NCBI GenBank assembly: GCA_964014485.1
Contig: CAXHAT010000009.1
Location: 1-64,000, forward strand
Direction: 5' to 3'
Source of the DNA: an uncultured Deferribacteres bacterium
GTDB lineage: Bacteria > Zhuqueibacterota > Zhuqueibacteria > Zhuqueibacterales > Geothermadaptataceae
DNA: 64,000 bases
Positions within the stretch are counted from its first letter, which is position 1. The number at the start of each line of letters is the position of its first letter. Shown here piece by piece: positions 48,839 through 57,883 of this stretch. Made by a program: the position numbers and the translations under genes. Below the pieces are notes generated by a model. The model did no database searches. It was not told where the DNA came from and worked only from the letters and a program-made list of their open reading frames with translations.

Positions 48839-48943
48839 TGTTCGCATTCGTACAGGGGCTGTAATACAAACGTATACTCAATTTTTGAGAGCGTCAGGCT
48901 TAAGAGCCTGGTTAGAATCAAAACGGCGTTGGTATATTTCTTG
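48839..48943 (+). promoter_or_regulatory. Tandem enhancer-like sites plus sigma54-like promoter (copy 2)
   Basis: TGTTC..CGTAC at 48839, TGT..CGTATAC at 48860, TGGTATATTTCTTG at 48930. Confidence 0.65.
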
Positions 48944-49002
48944 ATTAAATTGGGGAGTCATGCAAAAGCTCGTAAACCCGATTTAATCTTCAAGAGTAAA
49001 TC

Positions 49003-50268
49003 ATGGATCGCAAAATAGAAAAGAAAAAGTGGCCGCCAAAGAAAATAGCCGGTTTGGCCGCAATCCTTTTGTTCGTTTCGTTTGTCACTTACTCCATCCT
49101 TTGGGGCGACAGCAGTACCAAGCTCAATGTTGACGCTGAAAGGATGACGATTTCCGACGTCTCGCGAGGCCCGTTTCAGGAGTTCATTCCGGTGACCGGC
49201 GCAATCATGCCAATCAAAACATTTTACATTGACGCCGTCGAAGGCGGTCGCGTCGATACCATCTACCGTGAAGCCGGGAGTTTTCTCAAGAACGGCGACA
49301 AAATTCTGCGCCTTGAGAACACCAGCTTGCTCATCCAGATTTCACAGCAAGACGCGCGTGTAACTGAGCAAAGAAACCAGTTGATTAACACGCGATTTAC
49401 GCTGGAACGGAACAACATTCAGAACCGCCAGCGCTTGCTCGATCAGGAATACAACATTCTTCGTTTGCAACGGCTTTATGAACGCAACAAGGAATTGCGT
49501 CAGCAAAAGCTCATCTCTGATGCGGAATTCGAAGCGAATGAAGATGAGTTTAATTATCAGCAACGCTTGTATCAATTGAACGCCGAAGCTTTTAGCCGCG
49601 ATTCTATTTTTCAGGAAGTGCAATTAAAACAACTGGAGTCATCCGTTGGCCGCCTGCAGGACAATCTTGAAATCGCACGCCGCCGCCTGGAAGAATTGGT
49701 GGTTCGCTCACCTGCGAATGGTCAACTCACTTCTCTCGTCGCGGAAATCGGAGAAACGAAGGCTCAGGGCACGCGGCTTGGTCAAGTCGACGTTCTCGAC
49801 GGCTTTAAGGTGCGCGCCGGAATCGACGAGCACTACCTGCCGCGCATCGCACTTGGCCAACGCGGCGAGTTTGATTTCGCAGGCTCGACTTACAAACTTA
49901 TGACCAAAAAGCTTTACCCCGAAATCAATCAGGGACGTTTCGAGGTTGATCTTGAATTTGAAGGCGAAGAACCTAACGGTATTCGGCGCGGCCAAACTGT
50001 GCATATTCGCCTGGAATTGAGCGATTTGACCGAAGCCGTCATGCTGGCGAAGGGCGGATTTTACCAAAAGACCGGCGGTCAGTGGGTTTATGTCATCGAT
50101 CCTTCCGGCGATTTTGCCATCAAGCGCCAAATCCGGCTGGGACGACAAAACACACAGGTTTTTGAAGTGCTCGAAGGGCTTGAACCCGGTGAACGCGTCA
50201 TTACCTCGAGCTACGACAATTTCGGCGATATCGATAAACTCATTTTAAAAAACCAGCCCGACAGCTAA
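49003..50268 (+). CDS. Periplasmic adaptor / membrane fusion protein (HlyD/MacA-like)
   Basis: MDRKIEKKKW, DAVEGGRV, coiled-coil hairpin, GRQN...EVLEGL.PGERVITSSY. Confidence 0.92.
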   Translation: MDRKIEKKKWPPKKIAGLAAILLFVSFVTYSILWGDSSTKLNVDAERMTISDVSRGPFQEFIPVTGAIMPIKTFYIDAVEGGRVDTIYREAGSFLKNGDKILRLENTSLLIQISQQDARVTEQRNQLINTRFTLERNNIQNRQRLLDQEYNILRLQRLYERNKELRQQKLISDAEFEANEDEFNYQQRLYQLNAEAFSRDSIFQEVQLKQLESSVGRLQDNLEIARRRLEELVVRSPANGQLTSLVAEIGETKAQGTRLGQVDVLDGFKVRAGIDEHYLPRIALGQRGEFDFAGSTYKLMTKKLYPEINQGRFEVDLEFEGEEPNGIRRGQTVHIRLELSDLTEAVMLAKGGFYQKTGGQWVYVIDPSGDFAIKRQIRLGRQNTQVFEVLEGLEPGERVITSSYDNFGDIDKLILKNQPDS

Positions 50269-50311
50269 GAATAAATATTCGAACCATAGCAATAGAACAG
50301 GAGAGTGCAGA

Positions 50312-51022
50312 ATGGAAAACAATAACGGCGCAGTCATCAAAACAGTGGATTTGCTCAAAAAATACACCACTGAAGAAGTCGAAACAACGGCGCTAAACAA
50401 GGTCAACATTTCAATAAAGCAAGGTGAGTTCGTCGCGATCATGGGGCCTTCCGGTTGCGGAAAATCAACCCTTTTGAACGTGCTTGGTCTACTGGACAAC
50501 CCCTCGGACGGCGAGTACCATTTCGTTGGTCACGAGGTCTCGCAATACAAAGAACGCCAGCGCGCCAACCTCAGAAAAGAGAACATCGGCTTTGTTTTTC
50601 AGAGCTTTAACCTGATCGATGAGTTAACGGTGGGTGAAAATGTTGAACTGCCGTTGCTCTATCTCGGCGTGTCCTCGGCAGACAGAAAAGCTCGGGTGGA
50701 TGAAGCGCTGGAAGGCATGCAAATCAGCCATAGAAAAAACCATTTCCCACAGCAGCTCTCAGGCGGTCAGCAGCAGCGCGTCGCCGTTGCGCGGGCGGTT
50801 ATTTCAAAGCCAAAAGTTATTCTCGCGGATGAGCCGACCGGTAACCTTGATTCAGCCCACGGCGATGAAGTGATGAACATTTTGAATGAACTGAACGAGA
50901 GCGGCACCACCATCGTTATGGTGACGCACTCGCCGACCTACGCGGAATATGCGCATCGCATCATCCACCTTTTTGACGGCCATGTGGTCACTGAAAATAT
51001 CAAAGAAAACTTCCGCGTTTGA
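50312..51022 (+). CDS. ABC transporter ATP-binding protein (MacB/LolD-like)
   Basis: GPSGCGKST, LSGGQQQR, LADEPTGNLD, VTH. Confidence 0.95.
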   Translation: MENNNGAVIKTVDLLKKYTTEEVETTALNKVNISIKQGEFVAIMGPSGCGKSTLLNVLGLLDNPSDGEYHFVGHEVSQYKERQRANLRKENIGFVFQSFNLIDELTVGENVELPLLYLGVSSADRKARVDEALEGMQISHRKNHFPQQLSGGQQQRVAVARAVISKPKVILADEPTGNLDSAHGDEVMNILNELNESGTTIVMVTHSPTYAEYAHRIIHLFDGHVVTENIKENFRV

Positions 51023-51089
51023 TCCTGAACTTGCTTGAAACGCATGAGAGAAGGGTGCGGGTCTGGAGCAAACTCGCGCTCTTCTTCTT

Positions 51090-51791
51090 TTAGTCTTTCC
51101 TCTTAATTTCCCGCCTGAATTCTTCCCTAAAACGAGTCGCGCCGCCGTTCGCTGGATGACGCACGCGTTTGCATTCCAATCCCATTTCCAGCAACAAGCT
51201 CTCCGCCTTGGCCCCGGCAGCAATCACTTTTTCGATGTTGGTCATTTTCAGCAAAAGTTGGGTCGCCGTTTTTCCTGTCAGCGCCTCCAACGCGCCGGGC
51301 GTGCGGTTGGACAGCCGTCCTTTTGCAGGTTTAAAAGGATGCCACGGGTAGGCGTTCCAAAGAATAATTTCGCGAGGATCGAGGCCGGAATTGACAATTT
51401 CGCCCCAGACAATCGTCGCCGTCGGTTCCGTAAAGCCATTCGGTCGCAGCGTTTCCTGGCTCGTTCGCTGAAATTCAACCCCGGTTGCGACCATCTCCGG
51501 CGAAATGTTTTTTTCTTTCAGCGCTCCTAACAAAATCCTTTCCGAGGTCATTGGCACGCCGCTGAAGTGCGCGCCCTGGTAGCCGACAGCCTCGGCGAGT
51601 AACAAGAATTTGGCGGATTCAAGCCGCTCCAACAAGTAGTGTCGCAAATGCCTGCGCCGTATGGCCGGAGCTTGCTGAGTCCGGTCATGCGCCTCGTCTT
51701 TTTCCCACCACGGGTTAAAAACGTCATCCCGTTGCGGCGATTCTTTAAGCTCACGGATGAACCGCTCGATGTTTCTTTTTTTCAGGTTCAA
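51090..51791 (-). CDS. Uracil-DNA glycosylase superfamily protein
   Basis: AEAVGYQG..FSGVPMTSE, EPTATIVW, WNAYPWHP, SNRTP, RHPANGG. Confidence 0.85.
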   Translation of the reverse strand: MNLKKRNIERFIRELKESPQRDDVFNPWWEKDEAHDRTQQAPAIRRRHLRHYLLERLESAKFLLLAEAVGYQGAHFSGVPMTSERILLGALKEKNISPEMVATGVEFQRTSQETLRPNGFTEPTATIVWGEIVNSGLDPREIILWNAYPWHPFKPAKGRLSNRTPGALEALTGKTATQLLLKMTNIEKVIAAGAKAESLLLEMGLECKRVRHPANGGATRFREEFRREIKRKD

Positions 51792-51800
51792 AGCGATATG

Positions 51801-52217
51801 TCAAACATATTTTAATTCACCATTTTCAGATATTTCTAGCGAAACTCCGCCCTCAAGTTTTGCAAACTCCGATTCATTCAGAACTATGATCGGGATCGGC
51901 TTTTTGTACATTTCGTCAGCGACGATTGAAGCGAGCGCCAGAAAATGATCGGTTTGCATCGTCAGCAGGGCCGCCGGAGCCACGCCGCGACGGACGGATT
52001 CCAGCAAGATCGCAGTCGTTGTGCTGGAGCCGCGCGTGAAGGGCACGCCGAGAATTTTCCCGGCAGCGTTTTGCCCGGAGAGCGGGTGGCGACGGTCGAT
52101 AATTTCGCCGGAAAACTGATCATACCCGCCCCAAAAACTGAGCGGCTCACTCGCGATTAAGAGTATGCCCCGAGCAGCGCCAGGTATCGTCGGCTTTCCC
52201 TGAATTACTCGCTCCAT
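51801..52217 (-). CDS. Aconitase X swivel subunit (DUF126)
   Basis: PLSFWGG, IIDRRHPL.G, RGSST. Confidence 0.88.
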   Translation of the reverse strand: MERVIQGKPTIPGAARGILLIASEPLSFWGGYDQFSGEIIDRRHPLSGQNAAGKILGVPFTRGSSTTTAILLESVRRGVAPAALLTMQTDHFLALASIVADEMYKKPIPIIVLNESEFAKLEGGVSLEISENGELKYV

Positions 52218-53467
52218 AACGAATCGTCCCTGATTATTCGCCCTTTGACTGCTGACTCGACGCAATCTTCAAGGCTGCCAAAAACGACCTGAGCGTTCAA
52301 CAGCCCGGGCGTGTAGTAGGCGTACTTGGCGGAGTTGGTCATGATCGTCTTAATTTCAGGCGGCAGCATCGGCGTGGTCAAAATACACGTATCGACGGTT
52401 ACTTCCCCGCCGAATTTTTCAAGTTCAGTGAGAAATCCCGCTTTTCCGGCCAATTCACGCATGATGCGGCTGGTCGTGACCAAAAATCGTACATTTTCGT
52501 GACGCTTTGCATTTTTTATTTTTGGGATGAGTTGTTGGAACTCGGCGAAAGAAAAGTGCGGGCTGCCAAGCACAACCATGTCCAGGGCGCCGTCAGTGCC
52601 GGTTGTCAATTCATCGCGAGCTTCGCGCAGCATTTTCATCGTTACGACAATGGTTTGTCGCGGCGCCTTATCTTGAAAAGCGGTCGCTGAGTCAGGCGCT
52701 TCCGGAGTCACGCCGACGATATGAAAAAGCGCCACGGCGCCTGAGCAAGCGGTTGCGGCGCCAAACGCTTTTAGTTGATCATCTGATGGTTTGACGTTCA
52801 GCCCTTCAATAACCGGAACGCTGTCTGGCGCGAACTTGCCGACGAGGTGGCCGAAAACAGGATAAAACGTGTCGTCGTCCAAAATTTTCTCTGGAATATT
52901 TTGAAGACGAAAGAGAATTTCCCCCACGCGATTTTCTTTCAAGTGCAGGCCGACGGCAGGCGCGCGACCGGTCACCGCCGCGCAAATGTCGAGCAGGTCG
53001 GGATAGCGTTCTGTGCGCGCGCCAAGCACGGAATTGGCAAAAACGATGGCGTTCGATTCCCCCCAGGCGATTTGTTGGCCAAATGCTGGTCGAAACTCCG
53101 TCTGGTACGGCGCGCACGTCCATGTTGGCGTGCAGCCCATTTTTTGGTAGGCGAGCATTTGCCGGCGCGCCTTCTCCGCCCATTCCGGCGGGGTGGCCCA
53201 CTCGCGCCAGCCGTGTTCATCCACTCCGCTGACGTTGAGCGAGGTCGGCACAACGACTTCAGCGCCGAGACCGGCTAATTTTTCAGCGTATTCCAGCGTG
53301 GCGTCGCCCATAAATAAAGCGCTGTCAATATGTGCAGCTTCGATGTCCAACAATCTTTCGGCGTTCATAACTTTCGCCATGCGCACGAGAATCGACATCG
53401 CCATTTGAACCCCGGGGCCGTGCTCGCCTGTCAGTTTTTCCTGATCTTCAGCGGATAATTGCAACAC
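52205..53467 (-). CDS. Aconitase X catalytic subunit (DUF521)
   Basis: AHID, TCAPY, AWGESNA..FANSVLGART, HIVGVTPEA, DTC, TNSAKYAYY. Confidence 0.9.
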   Translation of the reverse strand: MLQLSAEDQEKLTGEHGPGVQMAMSILVRMAKVMNAERLLDIEAAHIDSALFMGDATLEYAEKLAGLGAEVVVPTSLNVSGVDEHGWREWATPPEWAEKARRQMLAYQKMGCTPTWTCAPYQTEFRPAFGQQIAWGESNAIVFANSVLGARTERYPDLLDICAAVTGRAPAVGLHLKENRVGEILFRLQNIPEKILDDDTFYPVFGHLVGKFAPDSVPVIEGLNVKPSDDQLKAFGAATACSGAVALFHIVGVTPEAPDSATAFQDKAPRQTIVVTMKMLREARDELTTGTDGALDMVVLGSPHFSFAEFQQLIPKIKNAKRHENVRFLVTTSRIMRELAGKAGFLTELEKFGGEVTVDTCILTTPMLPPEIKTIMTNSAKYAYYTPGLLNAQVVFGSLEDCVESAVKGRIIRDDSLWSE

Positions 53468-53636
53468 GATTTAGAGCGTTCCTTTATACCTGATTCTGAA
53501 ATTCGGTAAAAATAGCATGGCTTTTTAAAGTGGCAATGAGTATTTGCCGATTTCAATTTTGCGAGCCAAATTCAATTGTCGTTTTTGGCGAATTCTTCCG
53601 ACCCACTCGAAAATCACGCAAAGGACTTTCTATACA

Positions 53637-54899
53637 ATGCAGCAATTGAACTATCGTAGAAAAGAGCTTTTTTTTGAAGACGTTTCATTGCAATCGCTGG
53701 CGGATGAGTTTGATACGCCGCTCTACGTTTACAGCGAAACGGCGCTTGTCGAAAATTTTAAGCGCATCGACGGCGCATTTGGTCAAACGCCGCATCTTAT
53801 TTGTTATGCTTTGAAGGCCAACAGCAACCCCGCTGTTTTGAACCGACTGAAAAATCTCGGCGCAGGAGCGGACGTGGTTTCGGGAGGCGAGTTGAAATTG
53901 GCTTTGCAGGCTGGGATTTCACCGAACAAAATTGTTTTCGCCGGCGTCGGGAAAAGAGACGAAGAAATTATCGCCGCTATCGAAACCGGGGTGCTCGGGT
54001 TAAACGTCGAGTCGGAGATGGAATTACAAATAATTGCTGAATTGGCCAAAAAACTGAACAAGACAGCGCCGATTTCTTTGCGATTGAACCCGGACATCGA
54101 TATTCACGGACATCCTTATATTTCCACGGGCAGAAACCAGGATAAATTCGGCATTTCCCTAAAGCATGCCGCACAACTTTTAGAGTCGATAAGAAGTGAC
54201 AACGCTTTGCAATTGGTAGGCATTCACAGTCATATCGGTTCTCAGATTTCCGAGCTCAACACCTATCGCAAGATTGCAAAAGCGCTGGGAGAATTCGCCA
54301 AAACAGCTTCTTCCGCTTGCGGGCCCTTGCGGTATATTGACGTAGGCGGCGGGCTTGGCGTCAATTACGAAAATCCGATTGCCATCGAAGAAAATGTGCG
54401 CGGCGTCGATCACTTTGCCCTGCCGCCGGAAGAGATCGTTCGCGTTCTCGTTGACGGGCTTTCGTGTCCCGAAACGACCATCGTTTTTGAACCGGGGCGT
54501 TCACTGATCGCCGCGGCAGGTCTGCTTTTGACGCGCGTTTTATTCACTAAAGACCTGGGCGACAAACGCTTTGTCGTGGTTGACGCCGGCATGAACGATT
54601 TGCTGCGACCGAGCTTGTATAGCGCTTATCATGAAATCGTTCCGGTCAAAATCGGTTCGAATGAAAGAGCTGTTGCGGATATTGTCGGCCCTATTTGTGA
54701 AAGCGGGGATTTTTTGGCGCAAAATCGGTCAATGCCAATAGTTCAACGCAACGATTTGCTCGCGGTTCTGACCGCCGGAGCTTACGGTTTTACACTCGCT
54801 TCCAATTATAACGCACGTCCGCTGCCTGCTGAAATTATGGTTTCCGGAAAGGAAGCATCACTCGTTCGCAGCCGACAAAAAAGCGTTTGGGCGGGATAG
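53637..54899 (+). CDS. lysA: Diaminopimelate decarboxylase
   Basis: YALKAN, KFG, HSHIGSQ, EPGR, RPSLY, GPICESGD, GAYG..ASNYN. Confidence 0.93.
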   Translation: MQQLNYRRKELFFEDVSLQSLADEFDTPLYVYSETALVENFKRIDGAFGQTPHLICYALKANSNPAVLNRLKNLGAGADVVSGGELKLALQAGISPNKIVFAGVGKRDEEIIAAIETGVLGLNVESEMELQIIAELAKKLNKTAPISLRLNPDIDIHGHPYISTGRNQDKFGISLKHAAQLLESIRSDNALQLVGIHSHIGSQISELNTYRKIAKALGEFAKTASSACGPLRYIDVGGGLGVNYENPIAIEENVRGVDHFALPPEEIVRVLVDGLSCPETTIVFEPGRSLIAAAGLLLTRVLFTKDLGDKRFVVVDAGMNDLLRPSLYSAYHEIVPVKIGSNERAVADIVGPICESGDFLAQNRSMPIVQRNDLLAVLTAGAYGFTLASNYNARPLPAEIMVSGKEASLVRSRQKSVWAG

Positions 54900-55064
54900 C
54901 GGAGTGTGGAAATTATGGATTTTTGATTTCCATAACACCGACTTTGCATCACAAAATAGCCGGGCCGCCTTCTCGTCCGGCACAACGATTGCATAACGAA
55001 ACCGGAAACCGTTTATACACCGCAGCGTCGCGGGCGCACGTTCCGCCGACCTGAGAGACGACAA

Positions 55065-55829
55065 ATGCACTGCATCAAAACAACTATGATTTGCACACGG
55101 ATTCGCTTTCTCAACCTCTGCGTACTGGCATTTTTGCTCGCGCCGGTCGCGGCGTCATCTCAATCTCTTTTCAAAAAAGAAACCCGCTATTTCGCCCCAG
55201 GCGATTCCGCAACTTTCATGCTTACCAATAAATTCTCTTCTTTTTTTTACGGAGAAATCGGTCAGTTTGCCAGCCGCAGATTTCAAGGCTTCAACATTAA
55301 AACTGAAGAATTTCTGGAAGATTATATCCTGCTCAGGAACGGCCAAACGATGCTCAGAAGTCAGGCAAGCGTTGAAGTTCGCGCCGACAAATTGATTCGC
55401 ATTTACCCCGATTCAACGGTGACGGAAGAAGTTGTCTTGCTGGACACGGCAAACGTCTTACAAATAAGCCTTCGCGTCTCAGAACCGTGTGAAATCTCAT
55501 TTTTGCCGGCATTGGGAGGCTCAAACAAAGCAAGCGATTTCACATTTGATATTGCGAAAGGTCTGGATCGGTTTTCGGGAACGCTTAAGCAACGACTGGA
55601 AACCGACGCCAAAAATGATTTACAACAATGGGTGAGCGTGTCCTCCAGGCCGGAAGGCGTGATTGAGCAAATTTCCTCCGAGACGCAGCAAACGTTCTCC
55701 AAGCGATTCAAATACCCCGCCGCCGTACCGGTGCAATTAAAAATAAGCGTCAGCGATTCCGCTGTTATCAGGATCGAAATTGGCGACAAAAACGCGCAGA
55801 TCATGGCCAACTCCGGCGAGCAAAAATAG
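55065..55829 (+). CDS. Hypothetical exported protein
   Basis: Signal peptide and 254-aa ORF; the start may be 55086. Confidence 0.65.
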   Translation: MHCIKTTMICTRIRFLNLCVLAFLLAPVAASSQSLFKKETRYFAPGDSATFMLTNKFSSFFYGEIGQFASRRFQGFNIKTEEFLEDYILLRNGQTMLRSQASVEVRADKLIRIYPDSTVTEEVVLLDTANVLQISLRVSEPCEISFLPALGGSNKASDFTFDIAKGLDRFSGTLKQRLETDAKNDLQQWVSVSSRPEGVIEQISSETQQTFSKRFKYPAAVPVQLKISVSDSAVIRIEIGDKNAQIMANSGEQK

Positions 55830-55861
55830 AAGCGCCTTTAAGTGCACGATTGTGACGCCAT

Positions 55862-57079
55862 CTATTCGACCCAGTCGAGTATTTCGAAGCGTTGTGCGGT
55901 AACCAAAACGATGGCTTGGCGATCTTCAGAAATAGCGAAGAATGGTTTTCGCAGGCGTTCGCCTTTTGGCCGATAGTTGCCGACCAACGCACCGCCGCTT
56001 TCAAAAAAACGCAATACCGGACTTTCATAGCGCAGCCCGCCGTCCTTAAAAACTTCTTTGGCAAACAAGATGGCCGAGGCTGATTTATTTGCTGAAAAAG
56101 AAGCCGCAAGAATTAATTCGTCTTTCTCACCCTCACCTTGGGCAATAATTTCTCCTGAATCCAAGTCGAGCGCATAGAATTTTCCTTTTTCATAAAGCAA
56201 TGCAGCCCCGTTCGTTTCATCAAACACAGCATCGCGGAACAAAAAATCGTGCTCTTTCACGACGGCGCCGTTCTCATCGAGAATACGCGTTTTTTTGATC
56301 ATGCCGTTTTCGCGGTAGGCATCGTAAGTTGCGGTCAGCAGGCGGGTTCCATTGGGGAAAAATTTCAACGCATACACCGATGGTTCCTTTAGCGTTGTTT
56401 CCCAAAGTGACGCACCTGCACTGTTGAATAAAAAGAGCTTTGAATTACTCTCGGGTTCTAGCATTCCAGGGCTGGCAGGCGTTCGTATCGCCGCCACGGC
56501 GAACAAGCCGCTCCTCGCATCCGCTTCGATGTGCAAGGTGCGTTCGGTTGAATATTCGTTGTTTTCGAAAAGTCGCACATGACGCTTCAGTGCGCCGTCG
56601 GCTGTGAAAAAACGGACTTCATTCACGGCGGATTTGCCAAGCGCAATCGCTCCGTCTTTGCCGGAAACCGCAATCGTTGGAAAAGGTTCGTCATTCGCCC
56701 AAGGAATCTTCATTTCAAAACGTTTTTCGCCGATTCCGTCTAAGGCCGTCAATTTCAAATCATCGCTTTTTCTCGATGTGTTTCCTTTTGTGACCAAGGC
56801 CAAAAACCGACTCGTAACGTCCTTCTCAAATCCCACAACCAGACCAGACAAAGCGTCTGTGCTGACGCGCCCGGCTTTAGCGGTGCGAATAACGTCAGCG
56901 TCCGTTGAGAGTGAGCGAATTTCATCGTTTTCTATCCCGACGAAAAGCAGGCGCTCATCGGAAGGCGGCGCCGGGATCGTTTTTTTCAGATTTATCTGAA
57001 CATTTTGCTGCGCCAGGCTATGAGCGGCAAAAGCAAGAAGCGCGATCAAGCTCAATGTTACGAGTGGTTTGTCGCTCAT
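55862..57079 (-). CDS. Hypothetical exported protein, probably beta-propeller
   Basis: Signal peptide; repeated F...G..LW / beta-strand patterns; GGAG RBS. Confidence 0.7.
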   Translation of the reverse strand: MSDKPLVTLSLIALLAFAAHSLAQQNVQINLKKTIPAPPSDERLLFVGIENDEIRSLSTDADVIRTAKAGRVSTDALSGLVVGFEKDVTSRFLALVTKGNTSRKSDDLKLTALDGIGEKRFEMKIPWANDEPFPTIAVSGKDGAIALGKSAVNEVRFFTADGALKRHVRLFENNEYSTERTLHIEADARSGLFAVAAIRTPASPGMLEPESNSKLFLFNSAGASLWETTLKEPSVYALKFFPNGTRLLTATYDAYRENGMIKKTRILDENGAVVKEHDFLFRDAVFDETNGAALLYEKGKFYALDLDSGEIIAQGEGEKDELILAASFSANKSASAILFAKEVFKDGGLRYESPVLRFFESGGALVGNYRPKGERLRKPFFAISEDRQAIVLVTAQRFEILDWVE

Positions 57080-57142
57080 CTTTTCTCCAATGTGCTTTTC
57101 ATTGTTCAAGCAATTCTTTTAGGCAATCTCAGGCCGTTGTTA

Positions 57143-57371
57143 GAAGCTGTTTTAATCCCGCAGGGACGGTCGAAAGTAGCCCGGAAGTTCACTTCCGGGG
57201 AAGATGACGTTTTGTTTTTTGTCGAGTCCCGTCAGGGACGGTTGAAATTTTATCGCGTTTCCAGCCTCAATCGTCCCTGGCGGGACTTGAGATCATAAAA
57301 AATCATCGGTTCCAGGCGATAAATCGTCTGGCTATTATCAAGCATCCCTACGGGACTTTTAAAACAGCCTC
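57143..57371. mobile_element. MITE-like element with IS5-like ends, TTA TSD and nested TCCCG.AGGGAC REP-like hairpins
   Basis: TTA|GAAGCTGTTTTAA...TTAAAACAGCCTC|TTA; internal AGTCCCGTCAGGGACG / CGTCCCTGGCGGGACT. Confidence 0.8.
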
Positions 57372-57883
57372 TTAGACTTTCAAACGCCTTCTACTTCAAA
57401 ATAAGCCCAAAACGTCAGTAATTGCAGCGCCAAATGACAAATCGTTTTCCGCCCTTTGCCAACGACTGAAGCACGGCGGCGTTTACGCACGGTTTCCCTA
57501 TGAGAGTACGTTATACATCTAAAAGAACTCAGCGATTTCTCGTCAAACCAAACGCTTTTTCCTTTCATGCAACAGTGTCTCACAATGGAGCGGTTGTTAA
57601 ATCGAAACCTGCGAAAGCCACCCAAAACGAGAACATCGCTAAACAATGGTTTTCTTTTAATTTGCGCCTGAAGCCGGAAACGAGGTTTTGACAAAAAATA
57701 TATTTTCCGGCGCCGGGCACGCCATTTGCGTTTAGAGCAAAGAACATTTTGATATTTTCGTAAGAGAATATCGAGCAGGGTTGTCAAGCAGGACGGCCCA
57801 ATGCGTCAATTTTTTGCGACGGACTCAGGACGAGTGCTAGCACGTATTGATTTCAGAATTGAAGCCGAGACAAAGGTGACGCA

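Noticed and set aside
57655..57700. c-di-GMP-I riboswitch upstream of the polysaccharide locus
   Set aside because: Partial resemblance only on the minus strand, without the GAAA tetraloop arrangement; needs an Infernal search.
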